Source: Octopus bimaculoides
Lineage: Eukaryota
NCBI RefSeq assembly: GCF_001194135.2
Contig: NC_068991.1
Coordinates: 80,451,760-80,491,311 of the forward strand
Reading direction: 5' to 3'
DNA length: 39,552 nt
Shown piece after piece: positions 11,358-25,020 of the stretch. The position numbers and the translations under genes were made by a program. Each line of letters opens with the position of its first letter. The first letter of the stretch is position 1. The notes below the pieces were generated by a model. The model ran no database searches, was not told the DNA's origin, and worked only from the letters and a program-made list of their open reading frames with translations.

Positions 11358-11759
11358 NNNNNNNNNNNNNNNNNNNNNNNNNNNNNNNNNNNNNNNNNNN
11401 NNNNNNNNNNNNNNNNNNNNNNNNNNNNNNNNNNNNNNNNNNNNNNNNNNNNNNNNNNNNNNNNNNNNNNNNNNNNNNNNNNNNNNNNNNNNNNNNNNNN
11501 NNNNNNNNNNNNNNNNNNNNNNNNNNNNNNNNNNNNNNNNNNNNNNNNNNNNNNNNNNTATATATATGTATATGCTGTAGGGATTGGTACTATACCATGT
11601 GAGAATGACACAAAATATTTAACATAAAATGGAAAAGTCCTATCAGAAAGTTATGAAATTATAGAAACTGCAAACGAAATAATAGAAGATTTTGAAAACT
11701 ATTTTCTTTTCTTTTCTTTTACTCTAAATTAGTTGTTAAACATCAGATGTCAGTTTCTT

Positions 11760-11765
11760 TTTATT
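11760..11765 (-). terminator. Candidate polyadenylation signal (AATAAA) of lipase gene 1
   Basis: An AATAAA on the minus strand about 65 nt after the stop codon. Position is plausible, but the hexamer is common in AT-rich DNA. Confidence 0.4.
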
Positions 11766-11830
11766 AATCAGCATCACTCGATCTTCAAACTTCGGTTCAT
11801 ACCAAATATGTTTTGGTTCTTCTTCAGACT

Positions 11831-11930
11831 TTAGTAATTTTTCGATATTTTCTTTGAACAAGGATTCCTTACATCAAATCTCCTGGTTTTTTTCGAAGTG
11901 ATCTTCACATTTTTCACACAAAAGGTATAT
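11831..11930 (-). CDS. Lipase 1 exon 9 ([32 protein letters not shown])
   Basis: TTTACAG| acceptor, phase 2; terminal FC...PC cysteine pair as in pancreatic lipases. Confidence 0.88.
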
Positions 11931-12386
11931 CTGTAAACATATTATTGGTTATAAGAATCAGCAACAACATTAACAACAAACAGGAAAGCAGCAACATACA
12001 AGAGCAGTAATATATTTGGCTGAACCAAAGTGAGAAAACCACAACCCAGATTCTAAGTCAACCAAACTCCCTTTCAACAAACAGCTGATATTCAGACTGA
12101 GTGTCATTCACATCGATCTCAACAGCCTGGAATGGTTGGTGAAAATCATGGGTAATCATTGTTGTTTTAACATCGGTTCTGCCATGTTTGCCTGAGTTGG
12201 ACAGAGATTATTGAAGCAGATTTTCTATTGGCCAGATTCCCTTCCTGTCACCAACTCTTGTCTAATTCTAAGCAAGGCAATATATTTCTCCATGGTCAGA
12301 TAAGTTCTCATAGAATAGTGGATATGACTGATATTGTTTGTATAAAGGTGATTCTCATTAATAAGTATCACATATAGGTAATAGGA

Positions 12387-12422
<36 letters not shown>

Positions 12423-15400
12423 TCATCATCATTTAGCATCCATTTTGCATGTTGGCATGGGTTAAATGATTTGACTTAGACAGGTAAGCCAGGGAACTGT
12501 ACCAGGTTCCAGTCTTATTTGGCTTGGTTTCTATGACCCCTGTAAAGGGGTTGGCATTTGGAAGGGTGACCAGCTGTAAAAACCATGCCAAAACTGGCCT
12601 CACCTGTATGAGTGCCATGTAAAAAGTACTCAGCGCATTCTGTGGGGTGGTTGGTGTTAGGAAGGGTATCCAGGCCTTAAAAACGACGCCAAAACAGACT
12701 CAGAAGCATAGTGCAGGCTCCTGCCTGGCCAGCTCCTCACCATCTAATCCATGCTAGGATAGAAGGAAGACATTAAATGATGGCGGTGGTGGTGGTGGTG
12801 GTCACTCGCATGTTGCCTACTGCTTTACCAGACTATTTTTTAAAACAGGGAAAAAACTTGAAATCATAAATATGGCAGTGTTCCAGCATCACTGCAGCCC
12901 CACCTCTCTCTCTCCCTCTCTTTCTATCTCTATCTATCTATCTATCTCCCTTTCTCCACATTTCTCATAATCATGGCAGGAAATATTTTACAGTGTTCCT
13001 TGCCTCCAAGAAATGGAAACTGGTTTTTTACAGTGATTCACTACATCGTATCAAACCTTTGCCTTATGGTTTTATTGAACTAAAATAACAAAAACTCCTC
13101 TCTCCAATTCAACAACAACAGCAACAACAACAATATCCCTCAAAGTAACTTTGGGCTGGCAAAGGTAGCCTCTACACTTTCACACCAGTCACAAGTAATA
13201 AGAGTTCAACTCTCCTTCAAATCACATCCAATCATACGAAGCCAAAAAAAAAACGACAGAATAAAAGATGGGATGGTCACAGCTTGGGTGGTTTTGATCA
13301 TGCGTTCTTTCAAGCACGCTTGACTCAGGGTTAAACAATAGCAATAACAGTAATATTGTTATCCATATGATGACCATGTGATTAAAAACTTTGCTTGCTA
13401 ACCACATAGTTTGGGGTTCGGTCTCACTCCAAAGCATCTTGGGTCAGTGACTTCTCCAATATTCATAAGCTGACCAAAGACTTGTAAGAAGATTCGGTTG
13501 ACATAAATTTAAAGAGTTTGCCAGATGTGTGTGTGTGTGTTTGTTTACATCTGTATGCTATAAAATTTGTGAGATGCAAGCAGTGTTGTTGTCACCTCCT
13601 GTCAGCAAATTGTCTGCTTGTTTCAACCCTTGAGAAATAAAGATCCATTATTTCAAAGAAAAAAAAAAGAAATGGTGATAAGAAAAAAGATTAGTGATAA
13701 GAAAGCCATCCAGTAATAGGACATTGCTTCAATAATGTATTTGTCTAAACCCAGGGCTAGAATTTTTTTTTAAAAAAGGTGTAAAGGAAACAAGTAAAAA
13801 GTGGAGAGTATTCATTAATTTATATTTCAAAGTGAATCTTACCTCTTTCGGTACCTGGCATCAAAGACATCAAAAAACTCCAGTTTCCATTCATCCTCAA
13901 AGAATACTTTAATAAAACTTTCAGTTTCTTCATACAATACATCAACGTACTGAAGTTCTCCAATATCTCTGTGGCTTTTAATTACTTCAGCAATAGGTGT
14001 GTGTGGAGACAGAAGCTTGATTCCACTAAAAGTAAGTTAAAGATTATTTGTTTTTATTGTTTACTCTTTCAGAGGATACACAATGGTAAAAAAACAAAAT
14101 GAACAATTAAACATAAATTCAGATTGTCAGAAGTTGACGAGTGATGATGGAAATATAGAATGATAATTGCAACAACACTAACAACAATAATATACACATC
14201 CATTGCAAGCATTCCAAGCCAAAAAGAAGTATTAGACATCAGTCAACTCCAAGCAAAATAAATATGTAGAAAAGGTACATCACAAATCTGAGTATTTCCT
14301 TACCTTAGAAATTTTCTCAGAGAAAGGGAGTTGGGGTAAATGTCAAACTTGTAGTAAATATAATTTATTGGCCCTGTAGTAAATTATATGATTATTGTAA
14401 AGCATTTATTGTGAAACACGTTACTTCTGACAGGAAATTTCCAGAAGTCTATAGTTTGTATATAGCTTGACTGAAAGGAAATGCAACATTGAACATGTTT
14501 ATACATACAAAACTATTTAACCATTTAATGTATAAGGCATAATGTAATTATTGTTTTTAAATGTATTTTGCTTTGTAGAGAAAAAGTCTGTGAGTCAAAT
14601 ATCCCAAGAATTGAGAAAGCTAAACAACTACAAAAGCTATGAATTCCTCTCACTCCAGGATGATACTTACTCGGTGATGTTAAGGGATTCACTTTTGCCT
14701 TTGACTCCAATAAATTCCAGATGGATTTTTCCATTAATCGTTGATGACCCTGATATGTTTACTTGGAATTCGTAAGCTGAAATTAGAAAACAAAAAATTA
14801 GAAATATTTACTATACATTTTTTCTTTACTCAATCAATAAGATCGATACCTGTCATACACTGGTACCAATACAATTGCACATATAATAAATATCACTTGA
14901 AAACGAAGGTCTGTATTTCCACCACAATGACATCCTATAATGCTATTGAACACAGCTTTCTTCCTTTGAAAGTTGAATTAACAAAATCTTATGGACCAAC
15001 CAGCAAGAAGTCTTCATATTCAATAAATTGTAAACAATTCCAAATTAGTAGCAATTCATTCCACATATAATAAACATGGCACTGATTTTTAGCTTAGCTA
15101 ACTTGTCTGGCAATCACTAACGTTTCTTTTAAAGTCAAAAGCGAAGGCTTTCACTTCTAAAACATGTTTTTTCAAAGTTTCTCAGAGGGTTTTTTAGTCA
15201 AACAACTCAACCAGGAACCATGTGGTCAGGAAGCAAACTTCTTACCACACAGCCACATCTGCACCTATCTATAATTGTCATACAATGGTACTCTATTGAT
15301 TGCTTACATGGGTAGCTGACCAGGAATTCGGGGGAAGGAAATTACCCAAGTAGGTAACTGTTTCATTATCTTATCCACCCTGAAAGAATAAAAAGCAAAT

Positions 15401-15753
15401 TTGACTACAGCAAGATTTGAACTCAGGCTGTAAAGAAGCAGAACCACAACACCAAAGATTCGGTCATTGTACTGCAGTCGTTGTACTTTTATCCTCTCTA
15501 CATTCAAACAGTTGTCAAACTAACCTGTAAATCTAAATTATCTCATCCTCTGTGAATTAACACACATTTACTGTATGATTACAACTGATAATTCTAGTTA
15601 TGACAGTGATAAATTATGCAAACTGGTGAGAATTTCGTTATGTGAAAACTGAAATCATACAGTCTGGACAATATTAATGGTATGACAGTGAGAATGTAAA
15701 AGTAGAAGCATTTCTTTTTTATTGGTCCATAGTTGTGTATAAAAAGCCCATCA

Positions 15754-15793
<40 letters not shown>

Positions 15794-15800
15794 TATTTGC

Positions 15801-15859
<59 letters not shown>

Positions 15860-18800
15860 GATAGATACATACATACATACATACATATATACATACATAC
15901 ATACATATAGATATAGATATACAGTATTACATTGGAACAAATCCAGGTGTGACTAGCTTGCATATATTTACGTCATTATGTACAACAATCTTAAAGTATA
16001 ATATAACATATATATTGTAAAATGTGTACACACACACATACATTCACACACATACATTCACACACATACATATATAGAGGTAGTAATGACAATAAACATA
16101 GGTTTGATCTAAATATATTCACATGGAGCACACACAATACAGAATAGAAGTACAAAATGAAATATGAAGACAATATGTAGTTTCTTGACGTCACAGCTGT
16201 TTCAGGAAGCTCAGACTTATGTAATAATCATAATAATCCTGATTTGCAAAAGAAGAATGCAAAAAGTCACAGGTACGGAGCAAGTAACCACTCATACGAA
16301 GATATTCTTTTCTACTCTCGGCACAAGGCCCGGAATTTTTGGAGAGGTGGGGCAGTCAATTAGATTGACACCAGTATGCAACTGGTACTTAATTTATCAA
16401 CTCCGAAAGGATGAAAGGCAAAGTTGACCTCAGTAGAATTTGAACTTAGAACGTAAAGACAGACGAAATGCTGCTCAGCATTTCGCCCAGCTAACTGCCT
16501 TGTCATATGAAGACATTACAGTAAGTCTGGCTCCACCCAGCAAGAGAAGATTGGCAAACGGGTCCATCATACTGGGGTGGTGTCAATAGGATGAACTTAA
16601 ACCATTCAAAGCCACACTCAAGCGAATGAGTGAAAGCCAGTAAAAGATCAAAATATAAACATTTCAGTGATGCTATTGGGAAACAATGATTAAAAAATGT
16701 TTGTTTTGTTTTACATTGCAGCATAAATTTTTACAAGGAGGATTTCAAATTAATTGTCATAAGCCGTAGGATTCATAAGGCTGGAGCCTAATTCATTTTC
16801 CATGGTGTATGTCTGAAATTACAACCCACCGCCGAATGGGATGCCAGTCTGTCACAAGGTTAACTTGGCAGCTGTTGTCAGAAATCACTTTACAGCTGGA
16901 GTGGACTGAAGCAATGTGGAATGAAATGTTTTTTGCCCAATATCACAGAGCATTGCCCACTCTAAGGATTGAAACCACCACGTAACAACCATGACTACAA
17001 CTCTAATTGCCAGGCCATGCAACTTCACACTTAACTTTATATTATTGCATCAATCAAGCTATGAATGTAAGAAAATATTAATTCACCATCATTTAACATC
17101 TGTTGTCCATGCTGGCATGGGTTGGACGCTTTGACCAGGATTGGTAAGCTGGAAGGCAGCACCAGGCTCCAGTCTGATTTGGCAGGGTTTCCTACAGCTG
17201 GATGCCCTTCCTAATGCCAACCACTCTGAAACGAGTGCTTTTATGTATCACTGGTTCAAGTGCCATTTGCATGACACCAGTATCTGCCACAACTGCAAGT
17301 TTGCTCAGCTTGATGGGTCTTCTTCTCAAGCACGACATAATGCCAAAGATCTCAGTCATCATCATCATCATCGTCGTCGTTTAACGTCCGCTTTCCATGC
17401 TAGCATGGGTTGGACGATTTGACTGAGGACTGGTGAAACCAGATGGCTACACCAGACTCCAATAGTATTGTAAGAAGTTAAAAAAGGACAAGCAGAAACA
17501 TCTTAAAAAAAATTTGTGTGATTAGAAGAAACCAAAATTTAAACAGAATGTCTCATCTTGGTATGAAATAGAATCAATAAATTTAAGACTTACCACAGTA
17601 TGGAACAGAAGCAAAGGTTTCCAGCATATGTTTACCTCTTCCTAAGGCTTTATCAGCATGAAACCCCATCAATCCAAGATGACCAAGGGAATAAAAGCAT
17701 TTTCCACTATGAAGATTTTCAACTGTATCACATGGATAACTTATGAGTGGACAACGACTGTTAATTGATTCAATATAAAAATATTGAGATCTTTTATGAC
17801 TGCATGAAAATATGTTGGCAACATCTGCAAAGATGAAAGAAAACTAATGTGATGGTAAAACGAAATTTAGTTTCATAAAACACATGTGTATCCTGGATAT
17901 GTTTTCTCCAGTTTTTCATTTATTTTTCAGTTCTTAGTTTGCTTCCAAACCACGTGGTTTTAGGTTTAGTTTCAGTGCAGAGCCTCATGCTATTTAGCTC
18001 TCTTTAGTTTTGGGCCCAATTAGCATACTGCAGGAATCAGCTTAAAAGTCTGCATGGAGTGAGGTTTTTAAGTTAGTAGTTGATAAATGTGTAGATACTT
18101 GTCCATCTAGAATTCCACTGCCTCCAATCCTAATTTATGGAGGATATTTGGGTAGAGATTGATCACATCAAAACTAACTAGAATCTTCTTTATATTTGCT
18201 ATTTCTGAAATGTTATTTTGGAATTTCATGTCATCTTTGATAAAACGAGGAACCAGTTTGCATAATGGTTCTAGTAAATTGCTTAATTGTTGGGTGCTTG
18301 ATGTTGGTTCTACAACAACTGGACATAATTATAAATGAGACAGCTTGGAGATTATTATATATAATGTATTTATATATGTGATGCATTTCTGTATAGAAAT
18401 TCTTTAGCCCTTTTGATACCAATGTGGCTGAAACCATCTCTGAGGCTCTAGTAAAAATGTCTTGTTTTCATAAGTTCTGAATTAAAATCTTCCACCAAAC
18501 CTTAGTCACAATTTATGTTCCCAACTGAGTGATAACTAAGTTACTTTACTAAATTCTTTGTTATATTTAAAATTAATTGAAAGAAACACAGAGCACCTCC
18601 ACAGAAATATAGTAACAAAGGGTTGAGCTGTCAAAAAGTTACTTCTTTTTACCTCAAAATTAGGTAATCTAACTTTTTTTCATTAAATTACTTGAGAATT
18701 TGTTAATTTTCACCATTTTAGAGATTCAACACGAAACTATTAGTTTCCAAGTGAGTTTTCTAACTACCCAACCAACACTGCACCTACTTCATTGCAAATA

Positions 18801-19259
18801 ATCTTTTTCACTTCATCCTAAAATAGATATCATCCACCAAAAAATAGTTAATTTACTTACTATCATTGTCTTTATTTATTATATTAAGGATTCCACCGAG
18901 GATTGAACCTGGAATCTTGGATTCTGTACAACCAGGCTGGAAATGTCCTCCATTAGGGTAAAAATCAACGTCTCCAACAGGAGAATTCATTCCAAGAGAA
19001 AAATCTATTATATCACCAGTGTCTGTGTGAATGACATCCACAAAATCAGCATCCGTTGGATCTAGGTGAACCTTGGGACCTGTCGACTCAAAATAGGGAG
19101 CTGCAGGGTCCAAACCTGTGTGAAGGGGTCAAAAGCGTAAACAATCAACTTACTTCTTGTAGGGTCTCAGAACATTTGACATTCGAAGCCTTAAGAGTCG
19201 TCAGATTTGATTAGCAGACTATTTCTTGTTACACATATTGAATAATCTTGCTATATTGA

Positions 19260-19290
<31 letters not shown>

Positions 19291-20400
19291 AGTATTATGA
19301 GGCCAAAGAAATAAGAACCCATAGCCACTCATAATAAGGGGTACTGGTGGAATGTCTCAGTGTAAACCTCAATAAAATATAAGCATAATAGACCTGACAT
19401 AGTGATTTGGGACAGAGAAGTGAAATTGTGTAGAGTTGTAGAAATTAGTTGTTCAGTAGATGTTAACATAAAGTTAAAGATCAGCTAAAAAGAAAAAAAT
19501 CTGTGCTGAACTATTGAGAAATTTACAGTTACTCTACTCAGATTACAAGTTCAGGTTTATACCTATAATTATTGGGGCTCTGAGATCTGTAACACACAAT
19601 TCTTAAGTATCAATCTTGAGGAAACAGGCTTGTCAAAACCAGGAAGAAGAAAGCCGATTTGAAAACTACAGATCCAATCCATCAGTGGAACTGTAAGAAT
19701 CTGTAAAACTTTCCAGAAGTTTATCATTTAAACATATATGAGCATGTCTAGACATGCAAGTATGTGCATGAGAAGACATGCATAGAACAAAACATACAAA
19801 TCTATATATGCATTGACTCCAGATATTGCATGACTCTTGATACAGGTGCATGGCATCATCAGGTTTTTGTTTCACCTGTGAGACTTTTGCATCATCTGCC
19901 TAGCTCATGAGAGTGATTCTCTATGTGACGATTTGTATTTCCTTGGAGGTGGCACCTTTGGCTACTCCTGCCTGGATTTTATCTTTCAGAAAGTCATGTA
20001 ACCACTTTTCTAGTTTTCTAACTATTCTAAGATCCTGCCAACTTTATCAAAGGCTTTCACAAAGTTGAGATATATCACATCCCCATTTGAGTGGTTGAAA
20101 CACCCAGTCATAATGCTTTAAGATCTGTATCAGGCAGCTTCTCATGGGTCAGACACCACAGTGGATGTCTGTCAGCAAATTATTTTCTTCAAGGAACATG
20201 ATTTGTTTCCTTCTGACAATTTGTTTCTTGAATTTGCTGATATGCAAGGCTAGAGGGATAAGCACATAGTCTTTGGCATCTGCCCTGCTACCTACATTGT
20301 GAATGGGGGCAGATTGTTCCTTCCTTCAACTTGTCTGGGAGCTTGTCATTTGCAAGGAAACTCTGGAAGACAGACTGTAGTGGCTTTGCTAGGGCACATT

Positions 20401-20465
<65 letters not shown>

Positions 20466-23400
20466 NNNNNNNNNNNNNNNNNNNNNNNNNNNNNNNNNNN
20501 NNNNNNNNNNNNNNNNNNNNNNNNNNNNNNNNNNNNNNNNNNNNNNNNNNNNNNNNNNNNNNNNNNNNNNNNNNNNNNNNNNNNNNNNNNNNNNNNNNNN
20601 NNNNNNNNNNNNNNNNNNNNNNNNNNNNNNNNNNNNNNNNNNNNNNNNNNNNNNNNNNNNNNNNNNNNNNNNNNNNNNNNNNNNNNNNNNNNNNNNNNNN
20701 NNNNNNNNNNNNNNNNNNNNNNNNNNNNNNNNNNNTATATATATATATATATGCATACATACATATATTACTCAAAGATTCACCAATCCATTCAGATGTG
20801 TGTATGTGAATGTTGCTGTGTGTGAGTGTGTGTGTGTACAGAGCCAAAATCAATTGTTGCAAATCATTATAACATTGAGCTGATCATAACAAATAAAGTA
20901 ATAAATAAAAAAGCTAAAAAACAAATGATTAATAAATTTGATTGATATGGCAATATGAAGAAGAAAACAAAATTGTGTGATAAGCGTGTGCAATGACTGA
21001 TAAAGAAGCTGTTTGTACCAGCTGTCCAGTGTATGAAATATTACATATGTGTACTGATATCTATGTGTTACTGTAGTTACTTATTCACAGGTCAGTACTA
21101 ACTCAACAGATCAAAAGTATCCCCGCCATGACCACCCTCACTTGTATATATGTAACCGATGCCATCATATTTTTTTAAGAGAGTAGAATCGAGGGAAACT
21201 GGATAGCTATATCAAGCTGTTATGCAACTATATAGAGACTCTCTTGTCGGATCGTAGATTCTATCAATGTTTTATATCCATGTAGAGAATTGATTGATAA
21301 ACATTAAAGAATAAATCTGCACTTATTGAGATCAATTAAGAAGACATCTTTAAATGCCAATGTGTAAATGCAAATGTGGATTTGCAGGCATATATATATA
21401 TAATCAGTCAAAACAGTTCTTAAGAGCCCTAGATTTAGCACAAAAGCAGTAAAGCACGGATTTCTTTTATAGCTCATACTTAAATTGTGCTCATTAGCTA
21501 CTTCGTTATGCATTTGGTGGTGTTTCTCTCAATGTTGAGTAAATTTATGTATGAATTACATAAATATGTGAAATTTGAACTTTTCTGCTCTTCTGCTGAA
21601 TAATTTATTATTTAGCTACCGAGACGAGACCAAAATGATCTTGCCAATTTCTGACTTCAGTGGAACCGAGCAGCATTGATAACCAGTAATAGTGAGGCAT
21701 GGTAGATGGAAAATTGCTAAAGCTTATTATGTGTGTATAGACAGACAGACAGGCAAGCAATCAGACAGACAGACAGACAGACAGACAGAGATAGATGGAT
21801 AGAGGAACAGATAGGTGAAAGACAGACAGACAGACAGGCAATAACAAGATAGATTTCTAAAGCCATTTATCATTAATAAAGATTAAGTAGGATACAAATA
21901 CATACCCATGTATTTGATTGATTGTTTTCCACTTAATATTTTATCGCATAAGCCATTTTACCAATGTAGCAATGATAGATGTTAAAGTACAACCTTCGGA
22001 AGTCATGAGTTCTCATAAATAGCATTAATTAGATTTAGGTTTGTAAGCATCACATGATTCAGTGAGTTGCCATTTTCTTTGTGATTGACTTCATTTGTCA
22101 CCAAATTTACTACCACCACTTCCACCACCACCACCACCACCATTTATCATCTTGGATGCCTTTAGTGGATTCACTTTGTTGCAAGCTTTTGTGCCAGGTC
22201 TCCAGTTGGATGGTTCCTTCCTCTTTCCCTTCTACTAGTCTCAGATACACTGTAAAGGGTCGTGGTCATAGTCTTCGATCCTAGCAATACAAAATAAGCA
22301 CCAAAGCACCATGAAAGAGATTGAACCCTGTCTTGCAAGGCCAAAAAGTTTTCATTTGTTTTTCAGTGGTTATTGTGGAGCCTCTGAGAAAGTAAACGCA
22401 GCTGATGAGGAAGGGGATAAAAGCAGCTGAGTTGAAGGGGATAAAAGATTGGCCAGCTCTGGAGAGTGGAAGCCATTATAGCAATAGTTGAAATGTCATA
22501 GAAGAAATACATCATATTTGTGGACCACGGGATGGTACATGTCTGTGAGTGATTTTGTGCTAATCAGTCAGGTGGCACCATTCTGGAAGCAATCTGGGAT
22601 GTAGAATAACAGCACCGTCCCAGTTGTGAGAGCAATACTCCACTGTGAGTCCCCCCTGAACTTTGTAAAGTATCAGTACTTTTTGAGTCCTGAAGTATTT
22701 TGTACCTCTTAATAGAAGAGCTAACGTTTGAAACATGGTCCTAACTATGGTCCTAACTATTGCTATTGGTAAGTTTTGTTTGTTATGTATCAATATAGAC
22801 TTTCACATCAACACTTTTATTAAGACTGGAATAAAATCATTATAATCACCGGATATTCGGGAGAGATTCGATATTCTTTCCCCAGCATACCCAGCAGTGT
22901 GAGCTCCAAGGCTGTGTCCGATTACATGAGTTTTCTTTGGGTCATTAGCAGCTTTCTCATTAAGAAATTTAACCAGAACTGCAATTTGTGCCCCTACAAC
23001 ACGAGTATTGGATGCTGCTCGGCCATAAGTCACACTTGCTCCATTTGTCCAGTCAACTACAATCACATTATAATCACCCTAAAAAGACAGAAGAATTATA
23101 TACACAAACATTGAAAAGGTAAACCATTGCTTTTAATAGATTTATTTCTAGAAATAAAATAATGTCATTTGGTGCATTTAAATATCCAATCTGGAATTTA
23201 ACAGACGTGTCTTGAGCAGTTTTAAATAATTTAACTTTCTTCGGCACCGAACTTATGAGTAGTGTCTGCACAGATAAAATGGTATGATAAAGATTGTCTA
23301 GTTACTTCTATGATATCTGTAACTATATATGTATATATATATATATNNNNNNNNNNNNNNNNNNNNNNNNNNNNNNNNNNNNNNNNNNNNNNNNNNNNNN

Positions 23401-24975
23401 NNNNNNNNNNNNNNNNNNNNNNNNNNNNNNNNNNNNNNNNNNNNNNNNNNNNNNNNNNNNNNNNNNNNNNNNNNNNNNNNNTTTATGAAGGTAACACATG
23501 CAGAGTCTAAAAGAACATAATTAAAATACACATTCGAAACTTATATAAATATATATATTTTTTATAAAATGGAAATAAAAATTCCAGAATGCATAAATAT
23601 ACATAAATAGACAAATGTCGATGTAATACATAAAACATGATTGAATTTAAGAAAAGGTGGTGGTGGTGGTGGTGGTACCAATAATATTTGCATCAGTTGA
23701 TTTCAATTTGTCCAATTAGTGAAACTAAGTCCAAAAAAAAAAACCAAGATGCATTAAAAATAAATAGTAAAACAACAAAAAAGTATATGTGTTCTACGTA
23801 CATGTATCAATAATTCTTTAACCAATTTCTTCACCCATGGAAAACTTCCGGAACTTTGAAAACCATGAATGATGAATTTGGTTGGTCTTTTACCATCAAA
23901 ATTGCTTTTTGCAAGTCCTTCTTCATCATGGGTCACCAATGTAGAAGCATTGTAGGGATTTTCTCTAATTCATTCAATAATAAAAAAAAATTGATTAATT
24001 AATAATTTTAATTGCTATCTAATGTTTAGAAAGAGAAGAAAATGTTGAATAATTAAATTTAAATTATAGTTGTACCAGAATATGGCTGAGTGGTTAATGA
24101 GTTCACTTTTTAACCTCATGGGTCTTAGTTTCAGTCCCACCACATGGCACCTTGGACAAAATAGGACAGCTATGTTAATGGAGTCAACAAGCTATTGGAT
24201 ACGGTTGCTAGGCAACTGATGCAGGTAAAACATACAGTGAAGTCTTAGTGGCCATGTTACAGAAAAAGCAAGGAGAGGGAAAGAGAGTGTGTCTATTTCT
24301 GTGAGAGAAAGAGAGAGAGGGAGAATGAAAGAGAGGGAGAATGAAAGAGAGGGAGAATGAAAGAGAGGGAGAATGAAAGAGAGGGAGAATGAAAGAGAAT
24401 GTGTGTCTTCTATTGTAGACCTCACTTGTCTGACCAAAGCCTTAAGAGTGAAAGTCTGTTGTACACACACATACATACATATATATATATACATACATAT
24501 ATCATCATCATCATCATCATCATCGTTTAACGTCCGCTTTCCATGCTAGCATGGGTTGGACGATTTGACTGAGGACTGGTGAAACCGGATGGCAACACCA
24601 GGCTCCAATCTAATTTGGCAGAGTTTCTACAGCTGGATGCCCTTCCTAACGCCAACCACTCAGAGAGTGTAGTGGGTGCTTTTACGTGTCACCCGCACGA
24701 AAACGGCCACGCTCGAAATGGTGTCTTTTATGTGCCACCCGCACAAGCCAGTCCAGGGGCACTGGCAACGATCTCGCTCGAAAATCCTANNNNNNNNNNN
24801 NNNNNNNNNNNNNNNNNNNNNNNNNNNNNNNNNNNNNNNNNNNNNNNNNNNNNNNNNNNNNNNNNNNNNNNNNNNNNNNNNNNNNNNNNNNNNNNNNNNN
24901 NNNNNNNNNNNNNNNNNNNNNNNNNNNNNNNNNNNNNNNNNNNNNNNNNNNNNNNNNNNNNNNNNNNNNNNNNNN

Positions 24976-25020
<45 letters not shown>

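Noticed and set aside
13843-13860. RYRKR as a furin site releasing the lipase C-terminus
   Set aside because: P4 is Tyr, so it does not fit R-X-K/R-R; it is only a dibasic KR inside a folded PLAT domain.
20466-24975. Possibility that N-gaps in lipase introns 2-4 hide extra exons
   Set aside because: Flanking exons join in phase and the protein aligns with the family pattern without missing segments.
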